Assembly: GCA_963422375.2 (NCBI GenBank)
Contig: OY729428.2
Location: 2,592,001 to 2,656,000 of the forward strand
Length of the DNA stretch: 64,000 bases
DNA from: Bryobacterales bacterium
Lineage (GTDB): Bacteria > Acidobacteriota > Terriglobia > Bryobacterales > UBA6623
Direction of reading: 5' to 3'
Position numbers and translations under genes: made by a program
The notes under the pieces: generated by a model
The model's input: only the letters and a program-made list of their open reading frames with translations
The model's database searches: none
What the model was told of the DNA's origin: nothing
Shown: positions 29,326 to 40,185 of the stretch, one piece after another
Position numbering within the stretch: position 1 is the first letter of the stretch
How the letters are laid out: every line of letters begins with the position of its first letter

Positions 29326-31905
29326 GGGAATTATATATCTGAGTGCCGACAACGCCATGTCCGACGAGAACTGCTCTGAGCAGGGAGATCGGTGTCGAGC
29401 TCGGGTCATTCGAATGCGGCCGCGGTAGGCACAGAAAGGTGGGATCGTATCTGAATCGAACCTGCCAGCGGAATTGAGGAGGCACGGACTAGAGAGGCCG
29501 CCTCGCATGCCCCGGTGGAACCCGGTTGGCGGTGGCAGGGCACCCCTTGCAAGCCGCTTGCAGGCCCTGCGAGGGCCGAAGACAGCGGATCCCCGGCGCT
29601 CGACGGCCTGCATGGACGGTCCGGACCGAACCGGGGTCGCGCCGGGACATTCCGGATCCGGTGCGCCCCTCGTACCGAGCGTGAAGCGCACCGAGTGTGA
29701 AGCGCGCGCCCACAGCGGGCTGCCGCGCTCAGCGCGGCGGGCGCCGCTCAGGCCGCGACCGCGGCCTTGCCGGTCAGCTGCCGGCAGGTCAGCGTCCGGC
29801 CGACCAAGCCCCGCGCCATGCGCCGCATCCGTTCCGCCGTGTCGCAGTCGCGGTCGTTGTACCGTCCCGCGAACTCCGTGAGGTAGCGACCCGGATGACG
29901 GACGCTCATCCGGTGATAGGTTCCGTACAGGCCGCGCTTGAACAGAGACCGAAACGATTCGATGCCGTTCGTATGCGCTGCCCCGCGCACGTACTCGCCG
30001 CCGGAGTGCCTGACGGCTTCGTGCGCGAACTCCGCCATGCCGGCGCAGGCCGCCGCCTCGTCGGAGCGGACCTGCGCCCCCGGCGCGACGCGGGCGCGCA
30101 CGAAGCCCTGCAGGTCGCCCTTGGCGGTGCCCGGCAGCGGCCGCGCGGCCACTGCGTTCGTGGCGCGGTCCCGCGCGCCCGCCACGGGCGTCTTGCCGAC
30201 GGGCCCGCGCCCGGCGCGGGCCTTCTTGCTCTCGTGCTGGTTGCGCTCCTTGCCGCCGACGCAGGTCTCGTCCACCTCCACCGGGCCGACGAACAGGCCC
30301 CGATCCCGCTCCCGGCACGCGCGGATTGCGGTGCGCGAGGTGCCAGGCCGACTTCCGGCCGATTCCCAGGTCGCGGTGCAGCTTCATGCTCGAGACGCCC
30401 TTGATGCCGGTGGTCAGCAGGAACAGGGCGACGGCCCGGGTGCGGTAGCCGAGCTCGGTGTCGGCCGTCACGCTGCCCGTGCGCACGGAAAAGCGCTTGC
30501 CGCAGCCGCGGCAACGGTACGGCATCGAAGGGTGGGCCGCGCCGGACTGCACGCTGGAGCCGCGGCATGCCGGACCGTCCGGCCAGCGCACGGAGGCGAA
30601 CCACTTTTCCGCGGATTCGTCATCGCGGAACATGGCGATCACTTCGATCAAGGTGATGCCTTTACGAAACCACTTCCCTGGATTTTTCTGCTTCGCCTTC
30701 TTCAAAGACGACCTCCTATATTGGAACTATTTTATCAAGACACTCTACAGACTGTCAACAGATATCCGGAAGAAATATCAAATTAAGTTACCTGATTACC
30801 CACAAGACTCAGCCAAGGTTAGGAGGCGGTAAGGCATGGGCGGGGTGCGCACGGAGGCGTGGAGCAGGCGGGGGACCAGCACCTCCGGATCGTAGCGGCG
30901 GTTGAAGCGGTAGCGGAACTCGGCGAGGTAGCGCGGCAGGTGCTTGCCGTCGAACGAATGGCAGGTTCCCGCCAGGGACTGCTTGACGTTCGCCAGCATC
31001 GTGTTGACCCGGACGAAGCGGGAATCCCCGCAGCTCCGCTGCCCGCCTCCGGTGACGGTCGGCACGTGCTCGCAGCCGGCGCCGGCCACGCCCCGGAAGC
31101 AGGCCGGGCCGTCGGAATGCACCTCCGTGCCGGGCTGCAAGTGCCGCCCGGCCCACGCTGCCAGCGTCTTCTTGCGCAAGCCCGCCACGCTGCTCAGGCG
31201 CATCCTTGCCGGCTTGCCGGCGGCGGTGACCTGCACGGCCGCGACGAACGGCGTCTTGCCCGCCGCGCCGCGACCGCGCTGGCCGCCGCTCCGCTCCCCG
31301 CCCCAGTAGGCCCCAGTAGGCGTCGTCCATCTGCACGATGCCGCCCGGCGGCACGCGCTCGTCGCGCTCCTTCATCACTTGCAAGAGCTTGTGCTTCATC
31401 TTCCAGGCCGTGTTCCGGCTCACGCCCGGCTGCCGCGCCAGTTCCAGCGACGAAACGCCGTGCTTGCCCTGCGTCAGCAGGTGGAGCGCCAGGAACCAAA
31501 CGGTCAGCGGCAGCTTGGTGGCGGCGAAGATCGTGGCGGCGACGAGGGAGCTCCGGCGGTGGCAGGCATGGCACTGCCAGAGCTTGCGGGAGCGGATGCG
31601 GCAGTGCCGTCGGGAGCCGCACTCCGGGCAGCGGAAGCCGTCCGGCCGCCGTCCGGCCAGCGGGCCTTGCAGACGGCCTGCTCGCATGGCCCCTCGCTGC
31701 CGTAGCGCTGCAGGAACTTGCCCAGGCTGAGTCCCTTCTGGCATTGCACGCGATTGCGTTTCAGCTGCTAGCCCCTTTCCTGTCAGAGGTTTCCGACCTC
31801 CTCCAGTATAGCATATCCTCGGCTGACGTTCGTTGGTAATCAGGTTAAGTTATGGATTGATAACTTGCCAAATAGGTTGCCTCGGCACTCAGATATATAA
31901 TTCCC
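29326..31905 (-). mobile_element. IS1595-family element type A, copy 3 (frameshifted transposase 29748-30705), carrying a nested IS
   Basis: Same TIRs as copies 2 and 4; 8-bp TSD CATGATAG at 29318-29325 and 31906-31913. Confidence 0.93.
30791..31844 (-). mobile_element. IS1595-family element type C (ISSod11-like), frameshifted, inserted in the 5' UTR of copy 3
   Basis: TIRs CCTGATTACC...CAGCC; 8-bp TSD TTAAGTTA; QKGLSL..FL.RYGSE, FRCPECG, QMDDAYWG, SDG.ACF, RYLAEFRYRFNRR motifs. Confidence 0.9.
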
Positions 31906-32554
31906 CATGATAGCAACAGAAGGAACAGAATAAGACATGTTATCGGACCTCATCGTCTCATTTTTCATTCTCGTTGTGAGGATAAAGTCAGCTGTCATAT
32001 GGTTGCACACCATTCCTGAACCCTGTCTATTCAAGATTTGGATTCAGGGGAATCCAGATCGATGTCGGCTGCCAATTCAGCCGGTAGAAAGCGTCCATCC
32101 TTGAGATGATCCATCTCTCTGTCGCGCACGATTTGGCCCACTATATGTACGTTATCCGCCAGAAAATACAGTGCGATCATCTGCCTAAATCCCTCCACTT
32201 CTCGGTCCATGACAACGGTCCATTCCGCGACACCAGAGATTGTTTTTCCAACTCCACTGCCGGCTATTTCTGCCTAGAATCCACGAAATTTGGCGCGTTT
32301 TTCGTCTCCTATTCTGCCTTCAATAGCCTCCGATTTCGCGGCACAGATGATTCATTGAGATTCCTTGATCTGTTGTGTCAATGACCTACTTAGGGTATGC
32401 TTCGTCCTAGCCATAATGTCCAATATGCGAGCAGTTAAGAGGTGGGATGGCGTTCTTTCTGGAATGGTGTATACTCGTAGATATGGCAGTCATTGCTGTA
32501 ACCTAAGTGCTTCCCGCCTGGGAAAACCCGGAGTTCCGACTGGAAGAGGTGGTC

Positions 32555-33248
32555 GTGCGCCTGACGCAGCCCGACGAGCGGCTGGAGTGGAACAGCCAGG
32601 CTAACTGGCGAATGGACAGGGAGTGAGAGTCTCCTAGTGCAGAGGATGAGCCGATTCATGCATTTCCACGAAGAATGCGCAGGTCGCCGCGAGGCGGTGG
32701 GTGAAGCGTTGACAGTGGCGCGTGCGGGCAGAGCATCGAGAAGCGCAAACATAGTCCGGGGTGTCGAGACTATCGCTAGGATCGAAGGCAATACGGTGCC
32801 TAGCGCTACAGGCGTGTGGCGCGGCGGCCCCGCGGTGTCGAAGACTTCAAGGCACGCACGTACGTCCAGCGCCGGGACCTAGGAGGCCTCTGTGCTTGCG
32901 CGGCGAAGCCGTGGACACCGAAGTCGAGGCAGGAGCCGAGCGGAGCACGCACGGCGCGGGGGAGTCGGACTTGCGCATAGTACCGAGGAAGCTGACGAAC
33001 AAGGAGCGGGCAGCCGCGCGGCGGAGTGGGTGGAGGGAAGGCCCGTGCATGACGGGAGGAGTCCGAGGGAAGCGAGCTGCGGACGCGGGGCCGAGCGAAC
33101 CGGACACAGTGCCGGGGTAACACGAGCCGACATGGAGCGACACGGCGCCCGGAAGGGCTACCGTCACAACTGGAGTGAGGAGCCGGATGCGTTAGCACGC
33201 ACGTCCAGATCTTCGGGGGCGGGGGGGGAACCGGCATCCTACCGCAAC
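32555..33248 (+). ncRNA. ORF-less group II intron (694 nt)
   Basis: 5' GTGCG; DI-like GGGAGTGAGAGTCTCC, CCGCGAGGCGG, GTGAAGCGTTGACAG; DIII-like GAGTCGGAC...CATAGTACCGAGGAAG...GAGGGAAGG; DV GAGCCGGATGCG-TTAGCA-CGCACGTCCAGATC at 33180-33211; DVI ending CCTACCGCAAC; DIV only about 130 nt, no RT ORF. Confidence 0.88.
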
Positions 33249-34402
33249 GGACCGGCGAATGGACCAAGGGCACTACCTGCGCACCCGCCCGTTCGCGGGG
33301 GCCGCGGGCTGCGCTAGTGTTCTCCGCCAGAAGTTCTTGACCAGTGGGCAGAGCCTGTGGTACCGTGCTCTCGCAGGAGGGGTGCGAGCGTGCCGAAGCA
33401 CCCCACAAGGGCGGTCCCGAAGGTCTCTGACGAGCAGCGCGGGGAGTTGCAGGGCTGGCTGCGCCGGAGCAAGACGGGGCAGTCGCTGGCGCTGAGGGCG
33501 CGTATCGTCCTCCCATGCGCCGACGGCAAGAGCGACATGGCCGTGGCGGCCGCTCTCGGCACCACGCGCGCCAGCGTCGGCAAGTGGCGGCGCCGGTTCC
33601 CGAGCGACGGCTGCGACGGATGGCTGGACGAGCCGCGGCCGGGAGCGCCGCGCAAGGTCAGCGACGGAGACGTCGAGCGCGTCGTGACGCGCACTTGGGA
33701 GTCGCTCCCGCGCGGGGCAACGCGATGGAGCCGCGATGGAGCCGCGAGTCGATGGCGACGGACTGCGGCCCGAGCCCCTCGACCGTGGGCCGCATCCGGC
33801 GCGCCTGCGGCCTCAAGCCAAGCCGCACCGCTGCGAAACGTTCAAGCTGTCGAAGGACCCGTTGTGCGTGGAGCAAGTGCGCGATATCACCGGCCTGTAC
33901 CATCACCGGCCTGTACCTGGACCCGCCGGAACGGGCTGTCGTGCTGTGCGTGGACGAGAAATCGCAAATCCAAGCCCTGGACCGCACCCGGCCCGTGCTG
34001 CCGATGCGCCCCGGCCTGCCGGAGCGCCGCACGCACGACTACAAGCGGAACGGCGCGACCTCGCTCTTCGCAGCCCTGAACACGGCCACCGGCGAGGTGA
34101 TCGGCAAGTGCTGCCGGCGGCACCGCTCGGTGGAGTTCAAGAAGTTCCTCGCACTCGTCGACAAGGCGGTGCCGCCGGACCTCGACATCCATCTCGTGCT
34201 CGACAACTACGGCACGCACAAGACGGCGATGATCCACAACTGGCTGGGGCGGCATCCGCGCTTCCACTTGCACTTCACGCCGACGAGCGCCTCGTGGATC
34301 AAGCAGGTCGAGCGCTGGTTCGCGGAACTCACGCGCCGTCAGATCCGGCGTGACACGCACCGCAGCACGCTGGCGCTGGAGAAGGCGATCAAGGAGTACC
34401 TA

Positions 34403-34657
34403 GTGCCTGTGACAAAACTCGTATCCCCTTGACAACAAAGGCGTTAGGTCCAATCTCTCAAGGCGAAGATTTCACTGGAATGCTACGACTAGTCCGAAAT
34501 CCTACCAATTCTGGGTAGAGCGCGGAAATCTTCGCGATTGGCGGCTGAGCAACTTCCGACCTTGGGCCCTATATGTTGTGTTTGGAGATCCATCCGACAT
34601 CAGGATATAGTATGAAATGCTGATCGGGCCAGAGTTCAAGGGTTTTGTCACAAGCAC
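34403..34657. mobile_element. 255-bp MITE, copy B
   Basis: Reverse complement of 9245-9499 with 7 substitutions by eye; 6-bp TSD TACCTA at 34397-34402 and 34658-34663. Confidence 0.93.
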
Positions 34658-34747
34658 TACCTAGCTGTCTACAACGAGGATCCGAGGCCCTTCGTCTGGA
34701 CGAAGACGGCCGACCAAATCCTCGAATCGCTCAAATCTTACTATATA

Positions 34748-36632
34748 GTGCTTGTGACAGAACGCGCAAGCCCTTAGTTTTCGGGCGGTTGCAGCAGGTC
34801 CGTGGGACGAAGATCGGGGCGATCCGGGCCGGCTTGCGCGTTTCCGGGGGTTGTGCGACAATCTTCGTTGAGGAACCGCCCGTGAGGACCGTTCAGGAGA
34901 TCCAGCTCACCCTTGGCCGGACTGCAATCGAGGATATCGATCCCGACGTCCGTTCCCGCGACGATATCCCGGCCATTTTGCCAGGAATACAATTTATCTA
35001 TCGCACCGAGTTATCGATCGCACCGAGGAGTTGCGGGACAGGGTTTTCGCACTGCTCGAGATCCGTATCCTCGGCCTCGGTGAGAGTAGCGGGAACGGCG
35101 AGAACGGAAGCGATCCTTCCGCAGGCGAGTCCGGCAGGATCAACCCTGCCGTCGGTCGTCCCGGCATGCAGCTGTGGAACATTCTCGTCCCGGGCCTGCT
35201 CAAGCAGGGATTGAATTGCGACTGCGACCGCGTGACGGAGCTGGCGAACAAGCACGCGGACGTCCGGCGCTTCCTCGGTCTGAACGCGACGCTCGACGAG
35301 CGGGTGTTCAGCTACCGGACAGTCAACCGGAATCCGAAGCTTCTCACGCCCGACCTCCTCGCGGAAATCAATCAGCTGGTCGCGCAGGAGGGGCACGCGC
35401 TGGCGGGGTGCGAGGAAGGCGATCCGCTGAAGGCGCGGTGCGACTCTTTCGCGGTGGAAACGAACGTGCATTGCCCGACGGACGTGAGTCTGCTGCGGGA
35501 CGCGTTGCGCTGCCTGATTCGCTCTATTGCGCCGCTGTGCAAGGGGCGCGGCATCGCCGGCTGGCGGCAGAGCGCGCGGCTGCCGAAGACGCTGAAGCAG
35601 GAATTCAACCGGGTGCGGCAGGCGAAGAGGAGGAAAGGCAACCCGGAGAGGGTGCGGTCGTACCTGGAGGCGGCCCTGGAGATAGCGCGGCGGGCGGAGG
35701 GTGCGCTGGCGGCCCTGGCGCGGGCCGGGGAAGACGAGGGAACCTTGGGAGCGGCAAGGAGTGACCTCGGGTGCGTGCAGCTCCTGGCGGACCCGGTGGA
35801 GCGGCGCGTGCTGCGGGGGGAGAAGATCCCGCACGAGGAGAAAGTGTTCTCGATCTTCGAGGAACACACGCGCTGGTGCGTGCAAGGAAAAGCGGGGGTG
35901 CCGGTGGAGCCGGGCGTTCCGGTATGCATCGTGGAAAGCGAGCACCGCTTCGTGATGAATCACGAAGTGACGTGGAAGGGGAGCGACGCGGACGTAGCGG
36001 TGGGAATCGTCGAGGGGGCGCAGGGGCTGTACGCGGGGTTGTCGAGCTGCAGCTTCGACAAGGGCTTTCACAGCCCGGCGAACCGGACGCGCTTGGCGGA
36101 TACTGCTGTCGTGCCACGCGATGCCGCGGAAGGGGAGGCGGTCGAAGGCGGCGAAGGAGACGGAAGGCGCGCCCGAATTCGCGGCAGCGAGGCAGGCGCA
36201 CCCGGCCGTGGAGTCCGCGATCAACAATCTCGAGTGCCGCGGTCCGGACAGGGTGACGGACCGGGGAGCGGAGGGATTCGAGCGGATGATCGGGCTGGCG
36301 GTCCTGGCGGCGAACGTGCATCGAGTGGGCCGGATCGTGCGCGACAGAGAGATCGTGCGCGACAGAGAGAGGGAGCGTCTCAAGACGGGACCCTTGCCGC
36401 TGGCTGCATAGGCAGTCGGCAGCGATCTGAATTGCCCTGAATTGAAACCTTGAAGAGACAAGGTTCAGGAAAAGTGTACAACTAGAACAGAACTAACTGT
36501 ATCCTCACAATGAAAATGGAATATGAGGCAATGAATTCGGGTAATTGGCGCAGCCCGTTTCTTCCATAGCTATCATTTGGTCGGGATCTATCAGCTAGAA
36601 TCCCCAAAATATCAGGGTTTTGTCACAAGCAC
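34748..36632 (+). mobile_element. ISNCY/IS5-like element; frameshifted transposase about 34882-36411
   Basis: TIRs GTGCTTGTGACAGAAC / GTTTTGTCACAAGCAC; 6-bp TSD TATATA; SRDDIP, RCDSFAVETNVH.PTD, IPHEEKVFSIFEEHT.W...GKAG, SFDKGF, VESAINNLE motifs. Confidence 0.88.
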
Positions 36633-36662
36633 TATATAGAACTTTCTGGCGGAGGACACTAG

Positions 36663-38569
36663 CCCGCATTATTCACGAATGCGGTGCAGGCTCATGGATC
36701 CAGTTGCTGGGCCCTCGATGGCCGCCGAATCTGCTTCCGAAACGCCTGCGGGCGGGGAATGCGGGGCTTGCGGGGCGTCTCGCGAGCGGCGTGCGGGCCG
36801 CGGACACCTCCTCGGCGGCACCCGCCCGGAGGGCAGGCACGGTTTCCCCCGGCGGCGCCCGGCGCCTGCCGACACTCTCCGGATTGACCCGGCCCGGCGT
36901 CATATCGGCACGGCCCCCAAGCCCCGCGCCACCACCACCCGGGCGTCCCGGAACGGTGCCGTCCGCGGCACTCGCAGCACGATCCGCTTCGCCGTGGCCG
37001 CGACCCGCGCTCCCGGCTTCGGCAGGCCGAGGCGCAACCCGTCCGCCCGGCGCTTCCGCAGCGGCGTGTCCCGCGCCTGCCAGCGCAGTTCCTGCATGAT
37101 CACGCAGGCCGCCGCCGCGAGCGGCACGCGGAACCGGTTCGCCGCGAAGCTCGAGCAGCTGGCGCGGTCCATCCGCATCCCGTGCTCGAGCTCCTTGACG
37201 CGGTTCTCCACGTCTCCGCGCAGGCAGTGGATCCGCTCGCAGAGGCGCTGCGGGCTGCCGCCCGCGTTGGTCACCGCGTAGCGCGGGTGCCACTGCGGGG
37301 CGCGCCCGGGAAACTCGCTCGCGTCCGCCTTGACGATCGCCCGCCGCGACCGCGACCGGCGGCCCGCCCGGTAGGCGAACTGCCCGTGCAGCGGGCCCGG
37401 GCCGCTGCCCGCGTCCTCCGCGCCCGGCCGGCCCCCCTGCGTGCCGGCTCCCAGCCGCGCGTACTTCGCCCGCAACTGCTCCAGCCGGGACGGCGGGTCC
37501 CCCGCGGCCGCCGCTGCCCCGCCGCGGTCCGTGCCCGGGGTGCCGCCGGGCGCGCGCCGCGCCTCGACGGCCGCCCGCAACGGGGCCGCGCGCCGCTCCG
37601 GCACCGCGTTCTTCTGCAGGCACGCCACGTACTCCAGGCCCTCGCGCTCGCCATAGGCCGGCAGCTCGTCCCCTTGGAAGCCCGCGTCCAGGCGCAGGCG
37701 CAGCGTCGCCCGCGCGAAGAATTCCCGCAGCAGCGGCAGCAAGCCCTCCGCGGCCGCGGCCGTGCCCGAGCGCAGCAGCGCCGCCACGAGATGCCGCTCG
37801 CGCTCGTCGTCGAAGCGCACCACGCCCGCCAGCGGCAAGTAGCAAGGCAAGTAGCAATGCGTGTCGTAGAAGCCGTTGCACAGCGCCAGCTGCCGGCCCC
37901 CGTGCGGGGGCTCGCAGGTCGGGTCGAAGTCCAGCTCGACGATGCTCGTCTCGGGGCGCCGCTCGTGCCGGCGCCGCACGACGCAGCGGGCCGGTACCGC
38001 GGACAGCGCGCTCGGCGCGTCCGCGGTGACGGCGTTCTCGAAGCGCGACAGGGTGGGCCGGGACGGCAGGTCGCGACCCTGCCAGGGGTCGCGCCCGAGC
38101 GGCAGCTTGAACACGGGGTCGCCGCCGAGGCGCCCGGCGTCGTTGCAGTCCTCCTAGCCGCGGGCGAGGCCGTAGACGCGCTGGCGGAGCATGTCCGCGA
38201 GGGAGTGGAGCACCTCGGAGGGCTGGCGCCGGTCGCGCAGGCAGCCGGCGAACGCCGCGGTGAGGCCGGGAGCGCGGTCGGCGGCCTCGACCGGGACAGC
38301 GCCGCCGTCGGAGCTGCTGCGCTCGTGATCGAAGCGGACGGCGACGGGGCGACGGCGCGGATTGCGGAACGGAACGCCTTGGGAGCCTGCGGCTGCGACC
38401 ATGTATTCATTATAACCTACCGGATGAAAACCACTTCAGCGTATAAACTTGGATCTCAATCGGACCGGGCCGGGGCTGCCGCCGGGGATCGCAGGGCACT
38501 CCTAGGAGTTCACGGCCCGGGCGGAGGGACCGGACTATGGCCCTCCGGGCTACTCATGAATTATCCGGG
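36663..38569 (-). mobile_element. IS1380-family element; transposase 36900-38402 with an in-frame TAG at 38154-38156
   Basis: Ends CCCGCATTATTCAC / ATGAATTATCCGGG flanked by CTAG duplication; SSDGG, G*EDCND, SRPTLSRFEN, LDFDPT, RLDAGF, RGDVENRVKEL, FAAN.FR motifs. Confidence 0.9.
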
Positions 38570-38908
38570 CTAGGAGCCTCCCTGAACGCCGCGCAGGCGA
38601 TCCAGCTTCCGGGGATCGAAACACTTCCTCGCGGGGCGGCACCGGGCATTGATCGCCGACACGGCCGACGGGCAGGCGCCCGGGCCGACGCAGGCTTGCG
38701 CGCCGCTGCCAGCGGGAGTCGCCGACGCACCCCGGATCCTCATCCCTCCCTCGGGCGGGAAGAGCGGCACGGTGCATCCGCTCCCGGAGACTGGCCGTGA
38801 CGCGACTTCGCTGGAGGGTTACGCCCCCCGTGCCGCGGCAGTCGTCCGGGCCGGCCGAATGCCCGGTAACACAGGCCGCACGGCCTGCACCTATTACATG
38901 CAGGAGCC

Positions 38909-39913
38909 ATGACGTACGCACGCACGATGGACCGCCGACAGTTCCTCCGCACCGCCGGGGTTGCGAGCACGGCCTTGGCGGCCGCTCCGCCGGCTCGCGG
39001 ATCCCTAGCCCAGCCCGAGACCTTGGCTGCGCATCTCTACGGCAGTCTCACGGCGGAGCAGCGCGAGGTCGTCTGCCTGCCGTTTGACAGCCCTCTGCGG
39101 TCGCGAGTGGAGAACAACTGGCACATCACCGACGCCAGGGTGGGCCGGTTCTTCGACCGCGACCAGCAGGCGATGATCGAGCAGATATACGAGGACCTCC
39201 ACGCCCCGGAATTCCGAGACTCGCTCAGGAGGAAGGTCGCCGACGATTTCCAGAGCGTCAAGAATCTCTCGGTGGCGCTGTTCGGCGAGCCGGGTTCGGG
39301 CAAGTTCGAGTTCGTTATCACTGGACGCCACTGCACGGCCCGGTGCGACGGCGATTCCGTCGAGGGCGCCGCGTTCGGGGGCCCGATCTTCTACGGACAC
39401 CAAGGCGAGTCGTTCAACGAGAGCCCGACGCATCCGAACAACGTGTACTGGTTCCAGGCCGAGCGGGCCAACGAGGTCTTCCGGGCCCTCGACGGCAAGC
39501 AGCGCGCTCTGGCACTGCAAGCCAGGGCACCGCGCGAGCGGAGCGCTCACACTGTCGAACCGTCGCCGGAACCGGCCGGTCTGCCGGTCGCGGAGATGTC
39601 ATCGGATCAACGCGACCTCGTGGGCCGCACGGTGGCGGACCTGCTGTCCCCCTTCCGCAAGCGCGACCGAGACGAAGCGTTGCGGCTGATCGAATCCGCC
39701 GGGGGAGTCGAGAACCTGACGATGGCGTTCTATCGGAATCGAGACCTCGGCCACGACGGCGTTTGGGATATCTGGAGGCTGGAGAGCCCGACGATGGTCT
39801 GGTACTTCCGCGGCGCGCCGCACGTGCATGTCTGGGTCAACGTCCAAGAGAACCCCGGCTGGAAGGCCCCGGAGGGATCCGTCCCGGGATGGTTCGAGCA
39901 GCTGCTCGGCTAG
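38909..39913 (+). CDS. Tat-exported DUF3500-like protein
   Basis: AGGAG SD; DRRQFL Tat motif; LYGSLTAEQR, ALFGEPG, TGRHCT.RCDG, GGPIFYG, YFRGAPHVH motifs. Confidence 0.75.
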   Translation: MTYARTMDRRQFLRTAGVASTALAAAPPARGSLAQPETLAAHLYGSLTAEQREVVCLPFDSPLRSRVENNWHITDARVGRFFDRDQQAMIEQIYEDLHAPEFRDSLRRKVADDFQSVKNLSVALFGEPGSGKFEFVITGRHCTARCDGDSVEGAAFGGPIFYGHQGESFNESPTHPNNVYWFQAERANEVFRALDGKQRALALQARAPRERSAHTVEPSPEPAGLPVAEMSSDQRDLVGRTVADLLSPFRKRDRDEALRLIESAGGVENLTMAFYRNRDLGHDGVWDIWRLESPTMVWYFRGAPHVHVWVNVQENPGWKAPEGSVPGWFEQLLG

Positions 39914-40185
39914 GCGAAGATCCGGCTGGATCGCATCCGATCCCCGGTCGGCCGCCGGCCTGCTGCGGCACCGCCAATCCGCACGCGCTGAATCCGCCGC
40001 CCGGCTGCTAGGAAGCCAGCCCGGTTCAGCGAGCGAGTTCGCTACAATGGCCTTGCAGCCCGATTTTGCAGGGCCCCGCGGATGCGACGGGCTCGCGGCG
40101 ACCGCTCGGGCACGGCTGCCCTTCCCGCGAGGGCGAATTCGCCGGAACGCGCGATAGTCCGCGCTCCCGCCAAGGAACTGATTCG

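Larger units (their letters stand above)
27715..32345 (-). mobile_element. Old degraded 3' half of an ISNCY-like element, interrupted by later insertions
   Basis: Minus strand 32345-31906 plus 27772-27715 aligns with 36120-36632 (EGFRQMIALYFLADNVHIVGQIVRDRE vs EGFERMIGLAVLAANVHRVGRIVRDRE); end GAGTTTATTCACAAGGAC resembles the TIR GGGTTTTGTCACAAGCAC. Confidence 0.75.
33315..36661 (+). mobile_element. IS630-family element (transposase from about 33390) interrupted by MITE copy B and an ISNCY-like element
   Basis: Ends CTAGTGTTCTCCGCCAGAAGTTC / GAACTTTCTGGCGGAGGACACTAG (TA target); ALRARIVL, VLCVDEKSQIQAL, DNYGTHK, FTPTSASW.KQVERWF; frame resumes after the MITE as YLAVYNEDPRPFVWTKTADQIL. Confidence 0.93.
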
